Assembly (NCBI GenBank): GCA_036676495.1
Contig: JAKFCT010000062.1
Location: 1 to 37,680, forward strand
DNA length: 37,680 nt
Reading direction: 5' to 3'
Source of the DNA: Candidatus Sericytochromatia bacterium
Lineage (GTDB): Bacteria; Cyanobacteriota; Sericytochromatia; S15B-MN24; UBA4093
The position numbers were made by a program, and so were the translations under genes. The notes beneath the pieces are model-generated. The model did no database searches and had not been told where the DNA came from. It saw nothing but the letters and a program-made list of their open reading frames with translations. Positions 7,850-16,953 of this stretch are shown piece by piece. The stretch's first letter is position 1. Each line of letters opens with the position of its first letter.

Positions 7850-9796
7850 ATGGCACGGGCTTGGCTTCAGTCGCTGGGATTGGACCGGTCCCGCATCGCC
7901 TACGGCCTCCGCCTCGCCTTCGCCGCGTGGCTGGCGTTCACCATCGCGTCGTTCCTGCACGTCGAGAACGCCTACTGGGCGGCGATGCCCATCTGGGTCG
8001 TCACGCAATCGTCGCGGGGCCTGCTGCTCGAACGGGCCTTCTTCCGGGTCTTCGGGACGCTCGTCGGGGCTGCCGTCGGGTTCGGCATCCTGCACCTCCC
8101 CGTGTCGTCCTACGCCCAGCTCGTAATGCTCGCCCTCTGGGTGGGAGTCTGCGCGGCGTTCACGCATATCCTGCGCGGCGTCCATTCCTACGGGGCGCTC
8201 TTGTCAGGCCTCTCGGCCGGCGTGGTCGTGATTCCCTCTTTGCTGGAACCCGGGGATTCCCTCGCGCTCGCGGTTGCACGCATCGAGTGCACCTTGATCG
8301 GTGTCGTCGTCGTCACCCTGGTGACCGGTCTTTTTACCCCGAGTTCACGGCGGGAGGCCTTCTACCAGCACGTTCGCCAGCTGGCCGGAGATGCCGTCGC
8401 CTTCGTCGCCGACGCGCTGGGTGGCGCGTCACTGAGCCAGAGCGACAGGCTGGAGCGGAAAATTCTCGCCGAGATCAGCGACGTCGATGCCAGCGGCCGG
8501 ATGGTCTCGGCGGGCTCGGTGGAAGGGTACCGCCGCATCAAGCATGTGGACGGCCTGATCGCGGCCTCGCTCGCTGTCATGGCCGCGGGCCGCGCGCTGC
8601 GCGCTCGGAGCTGGCGCGGTGAGACGCTGCCCGACTCCCTGCCCGAGGATCTGCGACGCCTGGCCATGAGCTTGAAGACTCCTGCGGACGACCAGGGACT
8701 CCGGGGGGAGGTTTCGAACCTTCAGGACTGCGGCCCCGAGCTGGCGCGCCTCTCGAACGCCCTGGCGCAGCTCGTGACCGCCGAGGCCTTGCTTTTCGAT
8801 GCCCCGAAGGAGGCCGACGCGACGTCCTTCGGCAGCAAGGCCTCCTACCTGGCTCCCCACCGGGATTGGATGCTCGCGCGACGAACCGGCCTGCTTTGCG
8901 GCACGGCCACCGGTCTGATGACATGGGTCGCCTTGACCTCCGGGTGGGCGCCCGGCGAGCTGGCTGCGCTGGGAGTCTGCATCTTCTCGATGGTGATCGG
9001 CTCCCAGCAGAAGCCTCAGGACTTCGCCCCGCAGCTCTTCACGGGGGTCGTCCTCGGGGTGGTCGCCGCGACGTTCTTCCGGATCGTCCTGCAGCCGCAC
9101 CTCGCCTCGACGGGGGCCCTGATCGCCGCGCTGGTCCCCTTCTTCATCGTCGGCGGCCTGGCGAAGGCAGGCAAGTATTCCGCCATCGCGGGGACCGACT
9201 TCAACATGTGCTTTCTATTGGGTAGTCAGGCCGGGATGCCGGCGATCGCCCCCGATGCGGTCCTCAACGACTCGGCCGCCCTGGTCCTCGGAGCCGGGGT
9301 GATGACGATGGCCTACGTCTTCATGCCGCGTCGCTTCCACGTTTACGCCGAGGAAGCCGCCGGCTTCATCCGCGAGGACCTGCGGCGCTTGATCTCCGGG
9401 AAAGCCCCCGAGAAGCCCGAGGAATGGCATGGCCGGACCTCGCGGCAGATCCTCCGCCTCATGCTGCACCTCGGGCGCGCGGGCGAACTCGGCAAGTCGG
9501 CTCCTCCGAGCCTTCTCGCCGCTTTGAACCTCGGCCATGCCGTTGCGGCCATGCGCACCGCGGCCGCCCTGAGCGACCTTCCCCCCTCCGCCCGGAAAGC
9601 CGCGGAGGATACCCTGCGCGAGCTTCAGCGCTTCGAGGACGATCCCTTGGGAGTCGCGAACGCGATCGTGCCGCTGGCTGAAGCGGCACACTTCCCGACC
9701 GTCTCCCAGGCCATCCTGGACGCGGCGGACGCCCTGCGCGGGCTCGAACCCCTGGTGGCGTTCGGACGGACGCGCCCGGGCGCCGGTGAGCCCTGA
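7850..9796 (+). CDS. FUSC family (fusaric acid resistance / aromatic acid exporter) inner-membrane protein
   Basis: SD AAGGAGG at 7838-7844. Typical start motif (LRLAFAAWLAF..ENAYWAAM...G...R..FR..GT.VG). Two hydrophobic blocks are separated by a helical cytoplasmic region. Confidence 0.88.
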   Translation: MARAWLQSLGLDRSRIAYGLRLAFAAWLAFTIASFLHVENAYWAAMPIWVVTQSSRGLLLERAFFRVFGTLVGAAVGFGILHLPVSSYAQLVMLALWVGVCAAFTHILRGVHSYGALLSGLSAGVVVIPSLLEPGDSLALAVARIECTLIGVVVVTLVTGLFTPSSRREAFYQHVRQLAGDAVAFVADALGGASLSQSDRLERKILAEISDVDASGRMVSAGSVEGYRRIKHVDGLIAASLAVMAAGRALRARSWRGETLPDSLPEDLRRLAMSLKTPADDQGLRGEVSNLQDCGPELARLSNALAQLVTAEALLFDAPKEADATSFGSKASYLAPHRDWMLARRTGLLCGTATGLMTWVALTSGWAPGELAALGVCIFSMVIGSQQKPQDFAPQLFTGVVLGVVAATFFRIVLQPHLASTGALIAALVPFFIVGGLAKAGKYSAIAGTDFNMCFLLGSQAGMPAIAPDAVLNDSAALVLGAGVMTMAYVFMPRRFHVYAEEAAGFIREDLRRLISGKAPEKPEEWHGRTSRQILRLMLHLGRAGELGKSAPPSLLAALNLGHAVAAMRTAAALSDLPPSARKAAEDTLRELQRFEDDPLGVANAIVPLAEAAHFPTVSQAILDAADALRGLEPLVAFGRTRPGAGEP

Positions 9797-9801
9797 GCCG
9801 G

Positions 9802-10998
9802 TTAGGCCTGGAGGGGAATCTCGAACCAGAAGGTGCTGCCGCTTCCCGGTTCGCTGTCGACTCCGATCGTGCCGCCATGCGCTTCGATGAGGGCGCGCGC
9901 GATGAAGAGGCCGAGCCCGACTCCGCGCTCTCCGGGCTGTCCCATCGGACGTAAGCGGCTGAAGCGCTTGAAGAGACTGGGCACGTCCTGGGGGGCGATC
10001 CCGATCCCGTCGTCGCGGACTTCGCAACGGAGGGCGTGAGGGGTTCGCTGCACCGAGACGTCGATGGAGGTTCCGGCGGGGTTGTGTCGGATGGCGTTGA
10101 TCACGAGGTTGCGGATCACCTGGCCGAGGCGCTGGACATCCCCCATGACCTCCGGCAATTGCTCGGGGCGATGGCCGTCGAGGCGCTGCTGCTTCTCATG
10201 GGCCAAGGGAGAGAGATCCTCGACCGCCTCATGGATCAGGCGAGACACGGAGCAGACCTGCATGTCGAGGGCGAAGGTCCCCGACTGCAACTGACCGGCG
10301 TTCAGCAGGTCGCCCACCAGCATGGTGAGGTGCTCGGCGTTCCGGTAGATGCGGCCGTGATAGGTTTCGAAAAGCGGGTCCTGGGCCTTGCCGCCTTCAT
10401 GGTGCAGGAAGCTGATGGCCGCGAGGATGATGCTCACCGGGGTGCGCAGCTCATGGCTGACCATGTTGAGGAACTGCTCCTGCATGCGGATGGCCTCCTC
10501 GAGGACCGCGACCTGACGGGCTTTTTCCTGCTCCAGGCCGATGTAGTCGAAGAGGTAGAGCCGCAGTGCCACCAGCTCGGCGAGGCTCCTGATGAGGGCG
10601 CGATCGTTCTTGGTATAGTCACGGCGATTCGACTTGGGGCCGAGGACGACCATGCCGATGGTCTCGCCCCGGAGGTCGAACGGCATGAGCAGGGCTCCGG
10701 GATAATCCGTCCGCGTGGTGATACTCCCCGGGTGCAGCCCTTGCATGTGGCCGGAGCCGCCCAGCAGCAGCCACTCCATCGGATCGGGCTTGGGCCCGGG
10801 CATCCCGTAGTTCGCGACACGGAAGACCAGGCCGTAACTCGTGAGGAGGGCCTCCTGGAGGAGCTCGATGAAGCCGCGGGTGAGGTTCTCGTGGTTGGTC
10901 GTGTGCTGGTTGAGCCGGATGATGGCCGCGGTCAGGGCGTCCGGGTCGTAGGTGTGCCGAGGGCGCTTGCGGCGGAGCCTGAGGGGGCCTGCCGTCAT
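9802..10998 (-). CDS. Soluble sensor histidine kinase (GAF-like + HisKA + HATPase)
   Basis: H-box VSHELRTP, N-box NLVINAI, G1 DDGIGI, G2 GVGLGL. ATG at 10998 has SD GGAGGT and overlaps the upstream stop (ATGA). No transmembrane segment. Confidence 0.9.
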   Translation of the reverse strand: MTAGPLRLRRKRPRHTYDPDALTAAIIRLNQHTTNHENLTRGFIELLQEALLTSYGLVFRVANYGMPGPKPDPMEWLLLGGSGHMQGLHPGSITTRTDYPGALLMPFDLRGETIGMVVLGPKSNRRDYTKNDRALIRSLAELVALRLYLFDYIGLEQEKARQVAVLEEAIRMQEQFLNMVSHELRTPVSIILAAISFLHHEGGKAQDPLFETYHGRIYRNAEHLTMLVGDLLNAGQLQSGTFALDMQVCSVSRLIHEAVEDLSPLAHEKQQRLDGHRPEQLPEVMGDVQRLGQVIRNLVINAIRHNPAGTSIDVSVQRTPHALRCEVRDDGIGIAPQDVPSLFKRFSRLRPMGQPGERGVGLGLFIARALIEAHGGTIGVDSEPGSGSTFWFEIPLQA

Positions 10999-11837
10999 CG
11001 ACCTCCGTGGGCGGGGGAATCGAGCCAAGGGGTTACTCCTGTAGTGGGGCGCTGGCGCCAAGCTTGCGGCGTCGCTCCGAAGGCCTTGCGGAACTGGCGG
11101 TGGAAGCTGCCGGCGTCCATGTAACCCAAGGTGCTCGCGATGCGTTGGATGGGCCAGTCAGTGGCTTGGAGGAGGTGCTGCGCTTCTTGCAGCTTGTAGG
11201 TGATGATCCACTGCTGGACGGTCTTACCGGTGACGCGCCGCATGCGGTTCGTGAGGTAGGAGGGGGTGTAGCGGGTCGCGGCCGCGACGTCGAAGAGGCC
11301 GATGGGGGCGCGGAAGCTGGCTTCGATGAAGCGGAGCGCCGTTTGCAGGATCGGCTCGTCCGCGATCGCCTCCGCGATGTCGGGAGGGAGCTTCTGCCAG
11401 TCCTGCGACGGCTTGGCCTCTTCCCCTTTCGACCCGCGGTGCAGCAGGGCCCGCTCGACCACCTCGTTCACGCGCCGCAGATCGTGAAGCGGCTTCTGGA
11501 GGAAGTCGAAGCTCCGCCCTTCGCGCAAGGCTTCGATGGCGTCGGAAACAGTGGCTTGCCCGCTCATGAAAACGACCGCGATGCTCGGGTCCATGGAGTT
11601 CAGGCAGGCCAAGAGGTTCAGGCCGTCGCAGCGCGGCATCCTCAGGTCGGTCAGCACGACGTCGAAGGGTTCACGGCTCGCGAGTTCCAGGGCTTCGAGG
11701 CCGTCGCGGGCTTCCCAGACGTCATAGCCTCGGAGCGTGAGCCATTCGCAGAGCGTCAAGCGAAGCTCGGCCTCGTCCTCGGCCACCAGGATGCGGGCGC
11801 GACGCGGGGGAGCGTCAGATGGTCTAGGGCGTTCCAT
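10995..11837 (-). CDS. Response regulator, receiver + AraC-type HTH
   Basis: Receiver motifs ILVAEDE, VLTDLRMPRCDG and FLQKP. AraC signature IASTLGYMDAGSFHRQFRKAFGATP. Confidence 0.93.
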   Translation of the reverse strand: MERPRPSDAPPRRARILVAEDEAELRLTLCEWLTLRGYDVWEARDGLEALELASREPFDVVLTDLRMPRCDGLNLLACLNSMDPSIAVVFMSGQATVSDAIEALREGRSFDFLQKPLHDLRRVNEVVERALLHRGSKGEEAKPSQDWQKLPPDIAEAIADEPILQTALRFIEASFRAPIGLFDVAAATRYTPSYLTNRMRRVTGKTVQQWIITYKLQEAQHLLQATDWPIQRIASTLGYMDAGSFHRQFRKAFGATPQAWRQRPTTGVTPWLDSPAHGGR

Positions 11838-11989
11838 AACCCTTGCTTACCCTGGAGGGCCAGGCGCTATCACGCTCCTACCGCGTCGTGAGGCCAAGAA
11901 CGATAAAATTGCCAGTCCCAGCGATGAATCTGCCACTCGGGGCCATGACCGTGGTTCCCCCGCCCATCGAAGCCTTGCGAGCTCCGTGG

Positions 11990-12022
11990 CCGGCAACGGG
12001 TTTGCTATCATGACAAGATAGC
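11990..12022 (+). promoter_or_regulatory. Possible sigma-54 (-24/-12) promoter of the cyclase gene with an overlapping inverted repeat
   Basis: CCGGCAACGGGTTTGCT has GG(11992-3)-N10-GC(12004-5) with TTGCT. The dyad GCTATC-N7-GATAGC spans 12004-12022. Confidence 0.35.
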
Positions 12023-12083
12023 GTTCGGTCGGGGTATAGGTCCATGGTCCGAGTTGCCATCAAGAAGAGGGGCGCCTGCGTCG

Positions 12084-15000
12084 ATGCCATCACTCCTAGA
12101 AACGTTCGCGAGCTACGTTCCGGCGGCGATCGCCCGGCAGCTAGCACGCCAGGGGGATTCCCCCGCCGGCCTCGCGCTGGATCGTTTCCCGGCCGCCGTC
12201 CTATTTGCGGATATCTCGGGCTTCACGGCCCTGGCCGAGCGCCTGGCCCACAAGGGAGCCCAGGGCACCGAGGATCTGACGCGCCTGCTCAACGGCTACT
12301 TCGGCAACCTCATCGAGCTGGTCCACGGACACGGGGGAGACATCCTCAAGTTCGCGGGCGACGCCTTGCTGGCGGTTTGGCCGGTCGCTGACGACGGTCC
12401 CGATCTGGCCAGCCAGGTCCAGGCGGCCGCGCGTTGCGCCCTGGAGATTCAGGCGACCATCCGCAACCGCCGGACCCGCGAGGACATCCCGCTCGCCCTG
12501 CGGGTGGGCGTGAGCGCAGGCGAGGTCTCTTTGGCCCAGCTGGGGGGCGTCGAGGATCGCTGGGAAGTCTATGCGGCCGGCCTTCCCGTCTCGGAGGTGG
12601 GCCGGGCCGAGAGCCTCGCCGAGCCGGGCCAGGTGGTTCTCAGCCCGTATGCCTGGTCGCTGCTCGCGGACGCGGGCGCGGGGCAAGCGCTTCCCACGGG
12701 CTACATGTGCCTCGAGAGCCTGTCGCGAACCGCGCCGCTGCAAGCGACCGTCATGCCCGAGCTCACGCCGGATGCCGAGGCGGCCCTTTCGCGCTTCGTC
12801 CCGGGGGCCGTCCGCACGCGCTTGGAGGCGGGCCAGGAGGCCTGGGTCGCGGAACTGCGCCAGGTCTCGGTGCTCTTCGTCCACTTACCGGACCTTCAGG
12901 ATTCGACGTCCCTGGACCAGGCTCAGAGCATCGTTCACTCCCTTCAGACGCTCGTGCATCGCTACGAGGGCAGCATCAACAAGCTGAGCGTGGACGACAA
13001 GGGCGCCTCCCTGCTGGTGGCCTTCGGCTTGCCGCCCCTGGCGCATGAGGACGATCCCGTGCGAGCTGTTCAGGTCGCCATGGCCATGCGAGAGTCCCTG
13101 AGCGGCATGGGCTTGCGATCCGGGATCGGCGTCACGACGGGACGTGTCTTCTGCGGGGAGATCGGCAGCGCCACGCGGCGGGAGTACACGCTGATCGGAG
13201 ATGTCGTGAACCTCTCGGCGCGCCTGATGACGGCCGCCGGGGAGGGCATCCTCTGCGATCAGAACACCCATCAGGCTTCGAGCGGGCGCATCGCCTTCGA
13301 CGCGCCGTCCACCATCCAGGTAAAGGGCAAGGCCGAGCCCGTGGCCGTCTTCCAGCCCAAAGGACAGGCGCAGCACGACGCTCACACCGAAGCCATGGTG
13401 GGGCGCTTGAGCGAGCGCCAGTTCATCGAGGAGCGCCTGCAGGCCATCGCCTCGGGCGCCTCGGGGGCGATCGTCGTGATCGAGGCTGAGGCGGGCCTGG
13501 GCAAGTCCCGCCTGCTCTCCCATACGATGCAGCAGGCGGACCGCATGGGCGTCCGGGGCTTCCTCGGCCTGGGAGACGCCATCGAGAAGTCGAGCCCCTA
13601 CTATGCCTGGCGCCCGATCTTCCGCCAGCTCTTCCAGCTCGAGGCGGCGGGAGACGACCCCGAGGCCAGGCGGCGCCACGTCCTCGCCCAGCTCGAGTCG
13701 GATGCCGAGGCTCATCAGCTCGCGCCGTTGCTCAACGTGGTCCTTCCGCTCGACCTGCCGGACAACGACCTGACGACCCAGTTCTCCGGGATCGTGAGGG
13801 CCGACAACACCCGCAACCTCCTCGTGCGCCTGCTCCGGCAGCGCTTCGCCGAGGCCCCGACCTTGCTGATCCTCGAGGATGCCCACTGGCTGGACTCGGC
13901 GTCTTGGTCGCTGGCCCTGCAGGTTTGCCGCCGGCTTCCCGGGATCTTGGCCGTGCTGGCGATCCGTCCCTTGGGCCAAGCGGCTCCCAGCGAGTACCGG
14001 CAGATCCTCGAGTTGCCGGAGTCGCGCATCTTGCCCCTGGGACCCCTTCCTGCGGAGGGGATCGTGGCGCTGGTCTGTCAGCGCCTGGGGGTGGCGTCTC
14101 TCCCCGATGATCTCGTGGCGTTCATCCTCCAGAAGGCCGAGGGCCATCCCTATTTCACCGAGGAAGTCGCCTACGCTCTGAGAGACAGCGGGGCCATCCA
14201 GATCGTGGACGGGAGCTGCCGCCTCGCGCCGGGCTCCTCGGATCTGCAATCGCTGGAGCTGCCCAACACCATCGAGGGCGTGATCACGAGCCGCATCGAT
14301 CGGCTTTCGCCCGCCCAGCAGCTCATCTTGAAGGTCGGGAGCGCGATCGGGCGCGTCTTCGCCTACCGGACGCTTCGGGACGTCTACCCCATCGAGGGAG
14401 ACAAGCCGCTGATCGCGGACGAGCTCGAGTTGCTCGACCGCCTGGATTTGACGCTCCTCGAGACGCCCGAGCCGGATTTGTCCTATCTCTTCAAGCACAT
14501 CATCACCCAGGAAGTCGTCTACAACCTCATGCTCTACGCGCAGCGCAAGCAGCTGCACGAGGCGGTGGCGCTCTGGTTCGAGAAGACCTACGCGGACGGC
14601 CTCTCTCCGCACTACGCCCTGCTGGCCTACCACTGGCAAAAGGCGGAGGACTACTCCCGGGCGGTCGACTATTTGGACAGGGCGGGAGCGCAGGCCGTTC
14701 AGAGCGGCGCGTACCAGGAGGCGACGCGCTTCCTGGAAGAGGCCCTGCTCTTGGAGGAGAAGGCGTCGGTCAAGAGCGATCGCCTTCGCCTCGCGCGTCG
14801 CGAGCGCCTGCTGGCCGAGGCGCAGCACGGGCTGGGACATCTCGACTCCTGTCGGGAGCATCTCGAGCGCGCGGTCTCCTTGCTCGGCTGGCCCCTGCCC
14901 GAGACGGACCTGGCCTTGATCCCCAAGATCCTCGAGCAAGTGCTCGTGCAGTTGCTCAACCGCCTCTGGCCGTCGCGCACGGGGAAGGCTTCCCCGGAGG

Positions 15001-16166
15001 AGCGCGAGTCCCTCCTGGAGGCCGTTCGTGCCTACGAACGCCTCGGAGTCATCAATTACTACGCCTGTTCCTTGCTGCCCGGCCTCTTCACCTGCTTCCA
15101 GATGCTCAACCTGGCCGAAAAGGCAGGCCCTTCGCCGGAGCTGGCCAACGCCAACGCCAACATGTGCGTCGGCATGGCGGTCATCCCGTGGCCGTCGCAG
15201 GCGGAGGTCTACGGCCGGCGCTGCGTCGAGACCGCCCGGATCGTCGGAAAGCCCTCGGCGATGGCCTGGGCGAAGCACGCTCACTCCATCGCGCAGGCAG
15301 GCTTCGGCCGCTGGGAGGAGAGCCTGGAAGCCTTGGACGAGGCGTCCGAGACCCACTTGCGGATCGGCGATCTGCGGCGCTACATCGAGGGCATCCAGAT
15401 CCGGGTCAACTTGCAGCTGATCCGGGGAGAGTTCCGCACTGCCGCCGAGACGGGGCGCGAGCTCGCCGAGCGGGGACATAGCCTGGGGGACTTCCAGCAC
15501 AAGGGCTGGGGGATGATCGCCGAGGCGCTGGCCATGCTGCAGATGGGGCGGAAGGATGAGGCGTCGACCCTCGTGGAAGCGGCCCTGCCGCTGACCACGG
15601 GAAGTGCGGGACGGATCCTCGATGAGATGCTCGCCTACAGCACCTTGGCCATGGTGCGCTTGCGCCAGGGACAGCTCCACCTCGCACGCCGCGCGGCGGA
15701 GACGGCGCTATTGCTCTTCGAGCAAGGTCCGCCGACCGCCTTCTACCTCATGGACGCCTATAGCAACGTGGCGGAAGTCTTCGTCACCTTGCAGGAGCTG
15801 CGGACCCGGGCGATGCCCGCCGAGCGATCGGACCTGGCGCGCTGCGCCCGCCGGGCCTGCCGCCGGCTGCATGCCTTCGCCAAGGTCTTTCCCCCGGGAC
15901 GCGCGCGAGCCTCCCTCTGGGAGGGGCGTCGCGCATGGCTGCTGGGCAAGGAAAGCGCCGCTTTCAAGGCCTGGGAGAAGAGCCTGAGGGAAAGCGAAGC
16001 GTTCGGCTTGCCGTTCGATGACGCGCAGGTGCGCCTCGAGATCGCCCGGCGCCTCGACCCGGCGGATTCCCGCCGTGCCGCTCATCTGGCTCTCGCGCTC
16101 GAAAAGTTCGAGCAAGCGGGCGCCACGCACCATGTCCAGCAAGTCCTGGCCCTTCAGGAGCGCTGA
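12084..16166 (+). CDS. Class III adenylate/guanylate cyclase with tandem catalytic domains, STAND P-loop NTPase and C-terminal TPR-like helical repeats (soluble adenylyl cyclase-like)
   Basis: C1 has LFADISGFT and GGDILKFAGDA. C2 has ELRQVSVLF, GSINK..DDKG, GVTTG.VFCG.IG and REYTLIGDVVNLSARLM. Walker A AEAGLGKS, Walker B LLILEDAHWLD, GxP motif AEGHPYF, then an Ala/Leu-rich helical C-terminus. Confidence 0.92.
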   Translation: MPSLLETFASYVPAAIARQLARQGDSPAGLALDRFPAAVLFADISGFTALAERLAHKGAQGTEDLTRLLNGYFGNLIELVHGHGGDILKFAGDALLAVWPVADDGPDLASQVQAAARCALEIQATIRNRRTREDIPLALRVGVSAGEVSLAQLGGVEDRWEVYAAGLPVSEVGRAESLAEPGQVVLSPYAWSLLADAGAGQALPTGYMCLESLSRTAPLQATVMPELTPDAEAALSRFVPGAVRTRLEAGQEAWVAELRQVSVLFVHLPDLQDSTSLDQAQSIVHSLQTLVHRYEGSINKLSVDDKGASLLVAFGLPPLAHEDDPVRAVQVAMAMRESLSGMGLRSGIGVTTGRVFCGEIGSATRREYTLIGDVVNLSARLMTAAGEGILCDQNTHQASSGRIAFDAPSTIQVKGKAEPVAVFQPKGQAQHDAHTEAMVGRLSERQFIEERLQAIASGASGAIVVIEAEAGLGKSRLLSHTMQQADRMGVRGFLGLGDAIEKSSPYYAWRPIFRQLFQLEAAGDDPEARRRHVLAQLESDAEAHQLAPLLNVVLPLDLPDNDLTTQFSGIVRADNTRNLLVRLLRQRFAEAPTLLILEDAHWLDSASWSLALQVCRRLPGILAVLAIRPLGQAAPSEYRQILELPESRILPLGPLPAEGIVALVCQRLGVASLPDDLVAFILQKAEGHPYFTEEVAYALRDSGAIQIVDGSCRLAPGSSDLQSLELPNTIEGVITSRIDRLSPAQQLILKVGSAIGRVFAYRTLRDVYPIEGDKPLIADELELLDRLDLTLLETPEPDLSYLFKHIITQEVVYNLMLYAQRKQLHEAVALWFEKTYADGLSPHYALLAYHWQKAEDYSRAVDYLDRAGAQAVQSGAYQEATRFLEEALLLEEKASVKSDRLRLARRERLLAEAQHGLGHLDSCREHLERAVSLLGWPLPETDLALIPKILEQVLVQLLNRLWPSRTGKASPEERESLLEAVRAYERLGVINYYACSLLPGLFTCFQMLNLAEKAGPSPELANANANMCVGMAVIPWPSQAEVYGRRCVETARIVGKPSAMAWAKHAHSIAQAGFGRWEESLEALDEASETHLRIGDLRRYIEGIQIRVNLQLIRGEFRTAAETGRELAERGHSLGDFQHKGWGMIAEALAMLQMGRKDEASTLVEAALPLTTGSAGRILDEMLAYSTLAMVRLRQGQLHLARRAAETALLLFEQGPPTAFYLMDAYSNVAEVFVTLQELRTRAMPAERSDLARCARRACRRLHAFAKVFPPGRARASLWEGRRAWLLGKESAAFKAWEKSLRESEAFGLPFDDAQVRLEIARRLDPADSRRAAHLALALEKFEQAGATHHVQQVLALQER

Positions 16167-16286
16167 CCTTACCGCCTCGCAGAGACGGCCGCTCGTTTCT
16201 TGTCTTGTGGGCCTCATCCCCTACCATGGCGGAGTGAGACGCCGCGTCGTCGCGGCGTGAGAGGGGGGGCCACGAGAGGGGGGGGC

Positions 16287-16946
16287 ATGACCGATCGCGC
16301 GCGTGAAACCCGGAAGGCCGGGACGGGAGAGGAATTTCGGAGTTCGGAGCCCACGGGATTGGCCGAGCGCCCCCCCGAAGCCAAGGCGAGAAGCCTGGAG
16401 GGGAAGCGGATCGCGGTCATCGTGGCCGACGGGTTCGAGCAGTCCGAGTTCGAGGTGCCGGTGCGGCGCTTCCGCGAGGCCGGGGCCAAGGTCGAGGTGA
16501 TGGCCCCGGATGCCCGCCATCTGAGCCATATCGAGGGGGAGAGCCACGGAAAGCCGGCGGCCGGCACGCGCGGGGACAAGGTGATCACGGAGGCGCGGCC
16601 GGAAACCTACGATGCCTTGTTGATCCCCGGGGGCCTGAAGAGCCCGGACACCATGCGGCAAACCCCGGCGTACCTGAACTTCGTCAGGGCCTTCGTCTCG
16701 GAAAACAAGCCCATTGCGGCGATTTGCCACGGTGCGTGGCTGCTCGCGGATGTCGATGCCCTCGAAGGCCGGACGGTCACCTCATGGCCGGGCATCCGGA
16801 GGGATGTCGAGCGAGCGGGGGCCACCTGGGTCGACCAGGCCGTGGTGACGGACGGAGCCATGGTCTTCAGCCGCAAGCCGGCGGATGCCGAGTTGTTCGC
16901 CGAGACCATGATCGCGAAGCTCGCCGCCCCGGCCGGCCAAGGCTGA
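16287..16946 (+). CDS. DJ-1/PfpI family protein (YhbO-like glyoxalase/protease)
   Basis: Motifs IAVIVADGFEQSE, YDALLIPGG, nucleophile elbow AAICHG, GATWVDQAVVTDG and SRKPAD. Confidence 0.92.
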   Translation: MTDRARETRKAGTGEEFRSSEPTGLAERPPEAKARSLEGKRIAVIVADGFEQSEFEVPVRRFREAGAKVEVMAPDARHLSHIEGESHGKPAAGTRGDKVITEARPETYDALLIPGGLKSPDTMRQTPAYLNFVRAFVSENKPIAAICHGAWLLADVDALEGRTVTSWPGIRRDVERAGATWVDQAVVTDGAMVFSRKPADAELFAETMIAKLAAPAGQG

Positions 16947-16953
16947 GCCGCGC

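Noticed and set aside
12885-15680. 931-aa minus-strand ORF, and similar long shadows such as 4722-6356, 20830-22401 and 34066-36201
   Set aside because: They overlap well-supported genes on the opposite strand and have no recognisable domains.
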